From: Chiloscyllium plagiosum
Taxonomy: Eukaryota
Assembly: GCF_004010195.1 (NCBI RefSeq)
Contig: NC_057754.1
Span: 10,410,831 to 10,462,538 of the forward strand
Length of the DNA stretch: 51,708 bases
Direction: 5' to 3'
The position numbers and the translations under genes are program-made. Shown piece after piece: positions 35,415 through 47,539 of the stretch (positions are counted from its first letter, which is position 1; each line of letters opens with the position of its first letter). The notes under the pieces were generated by a model. That model did no database searches. It saw nothing but the letters and a program-made list of their open reading frames with translations, and was not told the DNA's origin.

Positions 35415-36304
35415 AATGTTTTTGAGGTACCATTTGCTCTTTTCCCCACTCCTGCTGATTGTGGATGATTGGGACAATGCAGGTGTTGCTTAATCCTTAA
35501 AGCTTCAGAGTTCTGCATTTAACTATGCAGCAATGTCGCTAGAAATTATCTGTGGAACACTAAACCTAGGTATCATATCTCTCAACAAGCACTTGATTAC
35601 TGTTTTAGTGTTGGAGAAAGTGAGGACTGCAGATCAGAGTCGAGATAGAGTGTGGTGCTGGAAAAGCACAGCAGGTCAGGCAGCATCTGGGAGCAGGAGA
35701 ATCGACGTTTCGGGCATAAGTCCTTCATTAGGAGGGCTTTTGAGTCTCCATTTTGTGTCTCCGTTTCTGCAAGGACAGATTTCTACCCATCTGCTACACA
35801 AATCAACCATCACTAACACAGATTTATAACCATTATTACTGGACAATTGAAGAAAATAAACAAAAGGTCCCCACGTCAAGGGAGTATGATATTGTCTTGC
35901 CCTAGTTGCTTTACCAGGCTTGTTCAACTGGCATATATAGCAAGTCTTTGCAATTTGGTCTGCTTCTTTATGTAAGGACCCCCTCCCCCCCTTCTTTGTA
36001 TTACCAGGAAGATAGAATTCTGTCCACTGACCACCCCCACCCCTTGCCAGTGTGTATCCACACATGGCAAACCTTTAACAGGATGGGTACAAGTGTTTTT
36101 GGCGCAACAATTTGCCCATCTGGATGGTGCCAAATTCCATTAGAATTCTGCAGGCAGCCATCCTTCATCTATGATGCATGCGAATCCATAGCTTTGCTTT
36201 GCAATGCAGTTAACCTCTTCCATAGCTGGAATAGATAGGGATTGTCATTGTTGGGGCTTGGAAGGAAGAGTCTTCAAAGGGAAGTCACCTTTGAAGACTG
36301 GAGA

Positions 36305-37140
36305 GTTAGGTGGAGAACTGGCAGATGGAGTTCAATCCGGGCAAATATGAGGTGATGCATTTTGGAAGGTCTGATTCTAGAGCGAACTATACTGTAAACG
36401 GAAGAGCCTTGGGAAAAGCTGATGAGCAGAGAGATCTGGGAGTTCAGGTGCATTGTAGCCTGAAGGTTGCTGCACAGGTGGATAGAGTTGTCAAGAAGGC
36501 ATATAGTATGCTTGCCTTCATCAGACTGGGTATTGAGTATAAGAAATGGCAGGTCATGTTAAAATTGTACAAGACATTGGTTCAGCTGCAGTTAGAATAC
36601 TGTGTACAGTTCTGGTCGCCACATTACCAAAAGGATGTGGACGCTTTGGAGAGGGTGCAGAGAAGGTTTACGAGGATATTGTCTGGTATGGAAGGTGCTA
36701 GCTATGAAGAGAGGTTGATTAGGTTAGGATTGTTTTCCTTAGAAATAAGGAGATTGAGGGGGGACCTGATTGAGGTCTATAAAATCATGAAGGGTATAGA
36801 CAGTGTGGATAGAGATAAGCTTTTTCCCAGGGTAAGGGATTCAATAACGAGAGGTCACGTGCTCAAGGTGAGAGGTGAAAAGTTTAAGGGGGATACGCGC
36901 GGCAAGTACTTTACACAGAGGGTGGTAGGTGTTGGAAATGCGTTGCCAGCAGAGGTGGTAGAGGCAGGCACGGTAGATTCATTTAAGATGCATCTGGACA
37001 GATACATGAGTAGGTAGGGAGCAGAAGGATAGTGAGGAAGATAGGAATTGGGCGATAGGTTTAGACAGTGGATTTTGATCAGCACAGGCTTGGAGGGCCG
37101 AAGGGCCTGTTCCTGGGCTGTAAATTTTCTTTGTTTTTTG
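36305..37140 (+). mobile_element. CR1 3' end (relatively young) inserted in ERV pol
   Basis: 235-aa open frame 36310..37017: EYCVQFWSP, ALERVQRRFTR, LRGDLIEVYKI. Confidence 0.9.
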
Positions 37141-37759
37141 GAACTAGTAAAGCTGCAAGAGACAGAGGAGTCCCTATAGCTACAGAATCTGCAAGAGCAT
37201 TTTTCCTTTGGCGACTTCTGCAGTTAACGCAGTGTGAGCTGCACACTTAATAATGGCTGTCTGTTTGGGTAATAATATGGCAGCTAACAAACATAGGACA
37301 AGATCCCCATGCTTAAATCAAGCCACCTGATGAAGTCAAGAATTCCCTGTTTTTCCAGAGTGTCCGAAATCCTGAGCAACTCCAAAAGCCTATTGGGAGT
37401 CAGTATAGTTAGTAACTGCCTTTCCTACAGCGAAAATTCAAGCTCCAGTCAGGGCAAAGAACTCAGCCGCCTGTGTGGGCAAGTGGGAAGGCAGTCATCC
37501 AGCTCCAATATGTCGAGGTTTCGAACAAATGCTACATCCTGTCACATTGATACCATCAAAGCCTTTGGCAGAACAACTATCTGTGCAAAGGAATAAATGT
37601 GGCTTCTGTAGCGGGGTCTCCTTTAAGTCAGCTGTTGGCATGTTTTAAATTTAGCAAGATGCAAACAGGAACTAGAACAGATTAATTTGGAATATCTGGT
37701 CGGCATGGACGAGTTAGACCAAAGGGTCTGTCTCTGTGCTGTACATTTCTATGACTCTA

Positions 37760-37970
37760 AATTTACAAATGTAAATTTGTAACCACATTGCGAAAAAGAA
37801 CAAAGACAAGTGATCAGGTAAGTCAGAACAATGGTCACTGCTGCCCGGCCTAATGAGATTCAATTTTGACCCATTAACCCTGAGTTCCCACAACCAAGTG
37901 TAGGTGAAAATGGGTTGGCTGTGCTGAACGCAGCCAATGCCAGGATAGGGCCTGAGTTATGCTGGTGCAT
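37760..37970 (-). mobile_element. Second ERV env C-terminal fragment
   Basis: Paralog of 32050-32170; TWLWEL...ISLGRAAVTIVLTYLITCLC. Confidence 0.65.
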
Positions 37971-37971
37971 A

Positions 37972-40215
37972 AAGGACATCAGACATAGGAGCAGAAGAAG
38001 GCCATTGAGTCTTCCACTATCAAAAGAGATCATGGCTGATTGGATAAGCTTTTGAGTCATACAGTCCTACAGCATAAAGACAAGCCCTTTTGGTCCAAAC
38101 TAGTCCATGCTGACCAAACTATCCATTAGTGCTAACCCCATTTCCCTGCACTTGGCCCATATCCTTCTAAGAGAAAGTGAGGACTGCAAATGCTGGAGAC
38201 CAGAGTTGAAAAGTGTGGTGTTGGAAAAGCACAGCAGGCCAGGCAGTATCCGAGGAGCAGGAGAATCGACGTTTCGGGCATAAAAAGGGCTGGCCTGCTG
38301 CACTTTTCCAGCACCACACTTTTCAACCCATGTCCTTCTAATCCTTTCCTATCCATGTATTTGCCCCAAAGCCTTTTAAATGTTGTTAATACACCCATCT
38401 CAACCACTTCCACTGACAGCACATTCCATATGTACCACCCTCTGTGTAAAAAAAGTTGCCCCTTAGGTTCCCTTTTATTCTTTCCCCTTTAACCTTAAAG
38501 TGATGCCCTCTAGTCCTCGATTCCCTAACCCTGGGAAAAAGACTGAATGCATCACCGTATCCATGCCTCTCGTGATCTTATACACTTCAATAAGATCCTC
38601 CTCAGTCTCCTACGCTGTAAAGAAAAAATGTCCTAGCTAGATTAGATTAGATTCCCTACAGTGTGGAAACAGGCCCTTCAGCCCAACAAGTCCACACTGA
38701 CCCTCCGAAGGATAACCTACCCAGACCCATTTCTCTCTGACTAATGCACCTAACACTATGGGCAATTTAACATGGGCAATTCACCTGACCTTTGGACCAC
38801 CACATCTTTGGACTGTGGGAGGAAACCAGAGCACCCGGAGGAAACCCACACAGACACGGGGAGAATGCGCAAACTCCACACAGACAATTGCCCGAGGCCA
38901 GAATCAAACCTGAGTCCCTGGTGCTGTGAGGCAGCAATGTTAACTACTGAGCCACCGTGCCACCCCAGTTAGCTGTCTAACATCTTCTTATAAGTCAGAC
39001 CCTTGAGTCCTGTCAACATCCTTGTAAATTTCTTCTGCACTCTTTCCAGTTTAATAACATCCTTCCTATAACAAGGTGACCAAAACTGAACATATACTCC
39101 AAGTGTGACCTCATGAACGTCCTGTACAACTGCAACATAACTTCCCAACTTCTATACTCAATGCCCTGACTGATGAAGGCAAGTGCGCCAAAAGCTGCCT
39201 TCCCTGCCCTGTCTACCTGGGACTCCACTTTTAGAGAACCGTGCACCTGAATTCCAAGATCCCCCTGTTCCACTACACATCTTAAGGCCCTCCTCTTCAC
39301 CAAGAAACTCCTACTTTGATTTGACTTTCCAAAATGCAAGACCTCACACTTATTATATTAAACTCCATTTACTATTTCTCGTCCCATTTCCCCAGTTAAT
39401 CAAAGTCCTGCTGCAATTTCGGATAATCTTCCTCACTGTCCGCGATATCTCCTATTTTCGTGGCGTCTGCAAACTCACTAATCGTGCCTTGTACATTCTC
39501 ATCCAAATCATTGATATCGATGACAAATAACAATGGGCCCAGCACCGACCCCTGAGACACTCCACTGGTCACAGGCCTCCAGCCTAACAAGCATCCTTCC
39601 AGTATTAACCTCTGCTTCCTACCATCAAGTTAATTGTGTATCCAGTTTGCCAGCTCCCCCTGGATTTCCAGAGGCATGTGGAACCTTATCAAAGCCTTAT
39701 TGAAATCCATATGGATTATGTCTACTGCCCTGCCCTCATCAAGCTTCCTGTTTACTTTAAAGATCTCTAACAAATTTGAGAGGCATGATCTCCCAAGCAC
39801 AAAGCCATTCTGAATGCTCCTAAGGCCCCTGCCTTTCCAAATGCATGCATATATTATCTCCCAGAATCTCCTCAAGTAACTTACCTAACACAGATATTGT
39901 TAGGCTCACTGGTTTATCATTACTAGGCTATTCTTTGCAGCCCTATTTGAAAAAGGGCACAACATTCTCTACCCTCCAGTCTTCCATGACCTCACCTGTG
40001 GCTAACAATGATGCAAAAATATCAGCCAGGGCCCCCGCAATTTCTTCTCTAGCCTCTTGCAGTGTTCTTGGATGTATCTGGTGAGGCCCAGGAGATTTAT
40101 CCACCTTCATATGTTCTAATACATCCAACACTTCCTCTACTGTGATGTGGACTGTCCCCAAGGTATCACCACTCACTTCACTTTCCTGCCTTATCCCCAT
40201 AATCCCGGATTCCCA
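37972..40215 (-). mobile_element. CR1 LINE with nested Penelope A (38170-38325) and HE1 SINE (38638-38966)
   Basis: KSPGPHQIHPR, SGVSQGSVLGPLLF, MHFGKSN; SINE on minus strand. Confidence 0.85.
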
Positions 40216-40239
40216 CATTGATCAGAAATCTACGGATAC

Positions 40240-40750
40240 ATTACCAAGTGCTCATTGACAGAAAAGCTTTTAAATATCTGACTGCAGGATCTGGTATGAA
40301 AGTTCTGTGGAGTTGATGTGCCATCAATGTGTCCTGCACTGACAAGAGATCATTCAGGTGCTCTCACTGTGGGAGTTGCTTCAGAGGATCCAGCAAATTC
40401 ACACCAGGGGGAAAACTGGCATCTGCTTGGTGTGTGAGACAAGGTTCAAATTGGTCATCCACTACACGACACAGCAACATGCTCATTTTTAATAAGAAAA
40501 CTTTGTAATATTTTGTGATCAGAGATTTAAAATCAAAATGATCTTGCTGTCCTCCAAACCCATTTACCTGCTTTGTGTGTGGGACAACAGTCACTCAGTC
40601 ATCTCACCAACTGAGAGTTCACAAGTGATTGCAGGGGTTGGATTCTGCTGTTAATCACATCCAGGACTGAATAGCATTCTGATAGTCTGGTTTTGCTTCT
40701 GCTGATATTAACAATCCTTGTAACTGGGCTGGAACTTGATAATATATTAA
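40240..40750 (+). pseudogene. ZNF pseudogene 3' remnant, close paralog of the 23.6-kb gene
   Basis: AAGTTCTGTGGAGTTGATGTGCCATCAA matches 24942-24969; FRCSHCG finger; GTTCACAAGTGA end and shared 3' trailer. Confidence 0.7.
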
Positions 40751-41282
40751 CCAATACACAGTTAATAATTTAGCTTTACTTAAAACATTTTACTGTGGAT
40801 TTTTCTTTCCCATCTGAGTGTTTAACATTACCTGCTAGAACTCAAAGGATAACCTGGGGAGGAATCATTGGGAGATTCAGCTGATCATAGTCCTTCAGGG
40901 TCATACTGAGAGGGACAAATAGCACTTTGATCTTTCTCATCTCTCTTCTCTGACAGCAAAATCCCCGCGTGGGTTAATCCTGAGGTGTGTAAGAAATATT
41001 TCCCAACTGCACTTTTCAGTGGTTCTGTCTGCTCAATCCTTCAGCTTCTCCCTGTAACACTGGGTAGCTGCCCTGACTGAGAAATTCACCAAGTGACATT
41101 CCCCCAGCTTCTTCCTTCTCAGATAATAATGTAACTTCCTCTTTAATATCTTCATCGAATCTGCCTCCACCACTCTCTAAGGCAGCACATTCCAGGTCTT
41201 AACCAATCACATTCTCCTCACGCCTCTATTTCTTCATTTTCCAACTACCTTAAGATTTTACTTTCGTTTCTAATGAGTCAAC

Positions 41283-42905
41283 GGGATATCAATGTGGAGT
41301 GGAATGTTTTGTCAGTGTTGTCATGGCAACCTGTCTACAGTGAAGTGACATTTTTGAATTCTAATCTCCACCCACTCTACTGCTCTTTCCCGATCAGCCT
41401 GAAAGTGTTTACCTTCAAGTACTTATTCAGTCGTCTTCTGAAGGTTCCTGTTACTGCACCAACCCTTCAGACACTGCATTTCAGATTATAACAGCTCACT
41501 GTGGAGTTAAATGTTTCTCTGGGTGTCCTGTCTGCTCTGAAACTGAGATTCTAACTCAGTTCCAAATACACTTACCCAGGAAGAGATAGAAGAGAAACTC
41601 AGTGTCTTTTCATTAAAACAATGGAGGATGAGGAGAACTGTGAGCATGAAGTTTAAAACTGTATCAAGGTCAAGGTGCAAACTATCACAGACATTCGTTC
41701 CTCACGATTTGACTGCAGGGGAGACATTGATGGGTTGATCTCATCATCATTAAGTTGACATTCTCCAGTCAGATACATCCCAGATTAAATCCAGAAGAAC
41801 TGCACCACTTGTCCTGGGATATCGAGACAATGGCACTTCTCACTCTGTAAGCTGATCATGTCTCACTTCCCATTTCCCCTGGGCTCCTCCTCCTGTTCCA
41901 CTTTCTGGAACAAAATGGAGTTCAGTCCAGCCCATAATAAGCATGGCTGAGGGAGGGTGGTTCCCAAGCACTGCAGTGATGTCATAAAGCAGCATCAGGC
42001 AGCCCAACTGATCCCTTCTTTCTCCCTTTCTATGTGGAGAGCTGGGAATCCCTGTATCAAAATGCACACAGATAAATGGCACGCAGTTGGTGAATAATGT
42101 TGGTGAGCTACAAGCACAAATAGCTGTGTGAGAATCTAAGTTGCATCAATAATGAAATTTGTGGCTTAAAATTGTGTGGGAACGACATTGTTATTGTTCA
42201 AATGCAGGAAAGGGAAGAAGAAAAGGGTGCTTGGGTGGCCATACTGATTACAGCTAGTTTGTAGGTTTGCTTCAATGATTAAATTTGGATTGATATTCAA
42301 AGTGAACTGGTTTACTGAAGAAACAGCTTCAGCTGAGAGTCAGTGAATGAAGAAGAAAGACTCACAGAGCAGTTCTTCAAGGTCTACTGCAGACCAAACA
42401 TCTCAAATCAGCTCTACTTTCAGATCAGAAGACCTCAACAATTCCACACACTGTCCTCAGGGAAGTTCTCCTGTCAGTAATGGGACCAACTGTACTGCTT
42501 TCAATAACGCCACCAAAAAAAAACTTGATTAAATGGTTACTTACCTCACGGCTGTTTGCGGGATCTTGCTATGCACGTACTGGTTGATGTGAAACAATAA
42601 AGGAGGTTATTTCTAAAGGAGCCAACATTTCTTTGCAATCACAGAAAGGCTCAGGAGACTTTGACAGATTTGAACTTATCCAGAATTTTAACAACCGGAG
42701 CGGGGCTGGAGCTGATTAACGTCATCAGGAAAAGATTGCAGCTGTCCTGAACATGGTTCAGGATAAGTGCTTGAAGGTAAACACTTTCAGGCTGATGGGG
42801 AAAGAGCAGTAGACTGGGTGGAGATTAGAATTCAAAAATGTCACTTCACTGTAGACAGGTTGCCATGACAACACTGACAAACATTCCACTCCACGTTGAT
42901 ATTCC
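41283..42905. repeat. About 145-bp inverted repeat pair (41283-41428 and 42761-42905)
   Basis: 7 differences counted by eye over about 146 nt. Confidence 0.9.
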
Positions 42906-42948
42906 ATTGTTATTGACTAACAATAACAGCAGAATCTAATCCCAGCAA

Positions 42949-44031
42949 TCACTTGTGAACTCATTGATGTCACCATAGATTGCTGGAAAGAACAAATCTC
43001 TTTCCATACAAAGACCAGGTGAACGGCCTCTCCCCCAATGTGAACCCGCTGGTGTATATAGAGATCAGATGATCACCTGAATCCACTCTGCAGCAACTCC
43101 ACCTCAATGGTCTCTTGTCAGTATGAACAGGTTGATGATGAGCCAGATCCCCAGAACGTTTGTAGCACTTCTCATAGTCTAGGCATTTGAAAGGTTTCTC
43201 CCCAGAGTGGACACGCTGGTATATCAGCAGGTTGGATGAATTAGTGATTCCCTTCCCACATCCAGAGCAGGTGAAAGGCCTCTCCCCAGTATGGACTCAC
43301 TGTTGTATCAAGGCTGGATAAGTGTCTTGAATTTCTTGCTGCAATGAGAACATTGGAATGGGGAATACCCAATGGGAATGCGCTGGTGCTCCCTCAGTCC
43401 ATATGGACATTTAAAACTCTTATCCTAGTTATAGCAATGATACTGTCTCTCATCATAGTGAACTTGCCGATATCTCAGCATCACCGATAAAAACATATAT
43501 TTCTTCCCACACACAGAACAGGTAAGTGGCCTCTCTCCTGTGTGAACCTGCTGGTGTGTCAGCAGGGTGGATGAATGAATAAATGCTTTACCGTTCTGAG
43601 GAAGATCAGCGGACACGAAACATTAACTTTGATTTCTCTTCACAGATGCTGCCAGACCTGAGCTTTTTGTTTCTGATTTACAGCATCCGCAGTTTTTTGG
43701 TTTTTATTAAATGCTTTACCGCATTTGATGCAGCAGATTGGCCTCTCCCCGTATGACTGCATCGATGACATTCCAGCTGTTCGGGGTTACTGGATCCTTT
43801 CCCATAGTCCCTATATTTACATGGTTTCTACCCAGGGTGACTCTGCTTGTGTTTTGACAATCCAGCTGATCAACTGTAGCCTTGTCCACACACGGTTCCT
43901 TCCCACTGTGAGTGGTGCTTTCTGTTTCCATGATCAAAAGTTGTTGATATTCAGATCCTGAGGAATCCAGCATCACTGTCAGATCCTGACGTGATATTTG
44001 GGTTTTCCATTTGTACATCCTCTCCTAATTT
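42949..44031 (-). pseudogene. C2H2 ZNF pseudogene, about 10 fingers
   Basis: Acceptor TTTCACCAG; HTGERP linkers; stops and frameshifts; insert 43594-43707 with 14-bp TSD TAAATGCTTTACCG. Confidence 0.85.
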
Positions 44032-44539
44032 CTGGTGAAATGAATTGATAAAAAGCAATGAGAGAGAGAAACTACAAAAATGCAAAGACAGATTGTGAAG
44101 CTGAGCTGAATGAATCTGTTTTTTTAATGTGGTCAGCATGTGAAAAAGAGATTACTGAAAGCTGCCAGACTGGCAAGACTATTTGCCAGTGTCCATCAGG
44201 AAATGGAACCTGACACCATGTTTGGGCCTAGACAGCTGAATTTAGGAAGTTAGTAAAGAAGGATTTTGATATGACGTGTAAGCCAAGAGCAGCAGGTGTG
44301 TGGAAACATTCTCCCCAAATCCTCTTCAAGTCAGCTACCATTCTGATTTGGACATAACTTGCTGTTGCTGGATTGTTGCTGGGGGAAAATCTTGTAAACC
44401 CTCACTGGAAGGCATTGTGGTTGCACCTTCACCACCTTGTCCACAGCAGTTCAGTAAGAAGGAACCCATCACCTTCTCAATGGGTAACTCAGATGGTCTT
44501 ACCAGTCTCGCCCATATCTGAGGAAAGAAGTAAAAGCTG

Positions 44540-46190
44540 TCTTTCGAGTTACAATGGATGAAACGACCCCACAGATATACTTCTTATGAGCACATAGTTG
44601 AGTGTTTTGGGATTTGTGGAATTATACGTTGCTGGTTTTTAAAAAATAAACTTCTGAATTTGTATGGTTTGGTTTATTCTATTTTGTATTCATCTCTATT
44701 GCTAATAATCTTCTGTTTTATTGTTAAAGCGAAATCTGCAGCACTGTATGCTTAACTTACAGTGAGAGACCACATTGTTAAAATCAACAATGACAAAATC
44801 TCAGGTTTCTGTCTGGCTTATAGAGTCATAAAGATGTACAGCATGGAAACAGACCCTCTGGTCCAATCCATCCATGCCGACCAGATATCCCAACCAGGCC
44901 GACCAGATATCCCAACCAGGCTTGTCCAACAGCATCATCAACTGGAATCATAACAGCTGGAGGGCCACTGTGGGCAGTGGGGGGTGGGGCGGAATCTTGA
45001 TGGGATTTTAGAATTCGTGAGGCTATAGAATGGTTCTGGGATGTAAAGCACTGGGGAAGTTTATTGCACAAAACTTAACAATGACTTTGGATGTCGGTAA
45101 GAGTTCTCTACAAATGGGCAATCGAACAGTAGATTATCTAAAATCTTTGATGGAAGACTAAACAGAGAAAGTTAGCAGATAAATTGAAGGTGGAAGAAAG
45201 AATAGGATCTTGTGAGGATGAGATATTTCAGGTCGTTGTACAAAATTTAGAATTAACTTAGAAGCAGGATGTCACAGTTGGAACTGGCTGATGAATAGCT
45301 ATAAATGGAAGAAAATAGACCATCTGGAGAAAGAGAAGTAAACGTAAAACTTGAAATTGTGGAAAATGAAAAACGCGAGTAATGGAATGATAAGTCAAAG
45401 AAAAACGGGATAATGGAGTCAGAAATGCAAACGGAGATGGATTTTTAAAAGGAAACTCCAAAGAGATAAGGAAATTAGTGAACACTAGTTTGTCAGAGGA
45501 AAGCTTAGAATAGAGAAGGAAGAAATAGATAATAGTCTGCAGGATGATTATGACTCCATTGAGGGGATTTATCTCAGAATTTACACTTTGTGTTTAACTT
45601 TAACAAAGATAGAGTTGAAACAGATTTTACCTCATTTGAGAAGGTATCTGTACAGATGAAATGGCCAAAAGGAATTTGGACCTTAAAGTTACAAAATATT
45701 TTGATGGGTACAGCTATGACTGTGTACACCAGCTTGTCAGAAGTACAATCTGCAGCATTCGGAACTGTCAAAGCTGCAATATTCAATACTTACGAGCTTG
45801 TATCCAAAGCTTATGAACTAAAGAGGATACTTGCTGAAACCTCCAAGCCTCTATCATGTGTAATACACCAGCCAGCGGTGCCAATGAAGTCCTTCCATCT
45901 CAGTCACTCAGATTTGTCGCATGTATTTGAGTGCCACCACTTTTTTTTTTACTGGCAGGGGTTTTCTCAAAGTCTGCATGAGTAGAGCTTTCTGCATTGG
46001 GCTTGTCAGGAGATTCAGTCTTCATTTAAATTTAGCTCCTCAAGAAAGAAACCTAATCAGACGTTTGAAGAATTTCCAAGGGACTGTCAGATCAGTCAAG
46101 CTAGAGAAATGTTTTGAGAATGTGAGGGAAATTATGCTCACTATTCAAAAAGCATTATTTCAAATTCAGAAACTTATGAGCGTGAAGTAT
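44540..46190 (+). mobile_element. Second Gmr1-like element: LTR end, PBS-like site and decayed gag
   Basis: ...CATAACA (44955) then TGGAGGGCC; FTSFEKVSVQMKWP...YELVSKAY...NQTFEEF...ENVREIML. Confidence 0.75.
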
Positions 46191-46194
46191 TCAA

Positions 46195-46488
46195 GGGGGC
46201 TGCATGGTGGCTCAGTGGTTAGCACTGCTGCCTCACAGCGCCAGGGACCCAGGTTCAATTCCAGCCTTGGGCGAATGTCTTTGTGGAGTTTGCACATTCT
46301 CCCCGTGTCTGCGTGGGTTTCCTCCGGGTGCTCCAGTTTCCTCCCACAGTCCAAAATTGTGCAGGTTAGGTGAATTGGCCATGATAAATTGGCCATAGAG
46401 TTACGTGGGTATGGGTGGGCTACTCTTTGGAGGGTTGGTGTGAACTTGCTGGGCTGAAGAGCCTGTTTCCACAGTGTAGGGAATGAAA
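46195..46488 (+). mobile_element. HE1/V-SINE
   Basis: A/B boxes, V-domain, tail. Confidence 0.9.
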
Positions 46489-47539
46489 TCAGTGAACGTG
46501 GAGATCTTTCACCTCCCCTGATCTAAAGTTACTGGAGGAGTTCTTTTCTCTTTTTTGCAAAGTCAATTCTTGCAGGAACCAAAAGGAATCTGGTGATTTC
46601 TCAGCATGAGAAAAAGTGCAGCTCGCTCCTTCTAACACACAGTCAGTACATCATCACGCCCAGAGATAGCGACGATAGTGACACATAAGAAAGGCGAGAA
46701 TTCAAATAGTGTGTAAAAAAGCATCTTCACGTAAGGTTTCATGCCTGAGAAAGAGGTTTGTGAATTGACAGAGAGTCAGCGCTCAAAATGAGGCTTCGAT
46801 GATGTGACAGTGACATCACAGAGGGTCTGGCCAGAAGCTGGCCATAACCGGGTGTTAAATATTACAGGTTAGAATCAATTTGAAATGAAAATAAATGAAG
46901 GAGCAACTGGATAACAGGAAGTGCCCCCCACCCTGTAGAGAATTTGTTTAAAAAAGCATTATACATAATCAAAAGCAATATGGAAATTCCATTTCAATAA
47001 ATGGAGAGAAAGAACTGCGGGTGCTGGAAATCTGAAACTAAAACAGAAATTGTTGGAGAAACTCAGCAGATCTGACAGCTCTTGGAGAGAACTATTAACT
47101 TTGCTTTCTCTCCCCAGCTGCTGCCAGACCAGCCCAGTTTCTCCAGCAATTTCTGTTGTTATGGAGAGGCGATTGTTACAATTAATGGCATCAGGTATTC
47201 ATTCAGAAATTGGAGAATTTACAACTAAACTCAAGCATTTTAATGGTAATCCTACATTTTCTGATGGATCGGGTCAAGTTGCATAGTTCAGACATTTACC
47301 AAAATCTCATCCATTTTTAGTTTCTCCCTGTTCTCCTGCAATGATCTTTGACTGTCTTCTCCCTTGAGCGACTCACCTCCCACTTCACTGGCCCTCGTCT
47401 CACAAAACAATTCACCAAGACAGATACACCAGAAAATACCGTTCAGCATACAGATTGGCACCTTGTACCTACGTCTAATATGTTCATGATCTTATTGGGG
47501 TCACAGCTTCTGCTCTACACCTGATAGTTTTTACTCCGT

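Larger units (their letters stand above)
31773..37665 (-). mobile_element. Decayed epsilon-like (class I) endogenous retrovirus: RNaseH-IN-env-LTR remnant
   Basis: RH AQAAEFFALT, YTDSQ, AIIKCAAHT; IN CYIC, VDLCSRWVE, RWEGPY, WIHFSHCK (stop near 34754); env TM; AATAAA 31835-31840 in putative LTR. Confidence 0.85.

Noticed and set aside
1157..38492. Recurrent short ORFs (CCWKSAAGQAAS, MPETSILLLLG) as a peptide family or CRISPR-like array
   Set aside because: Translations of dispersed Penelope terminal repeats; no regular repeat-spacer array
41283..42905. TIR DNA transposon
   Set aside because: No TSD or transposase, and the arm includes part of an old CR1 tail that continues only in the left copy
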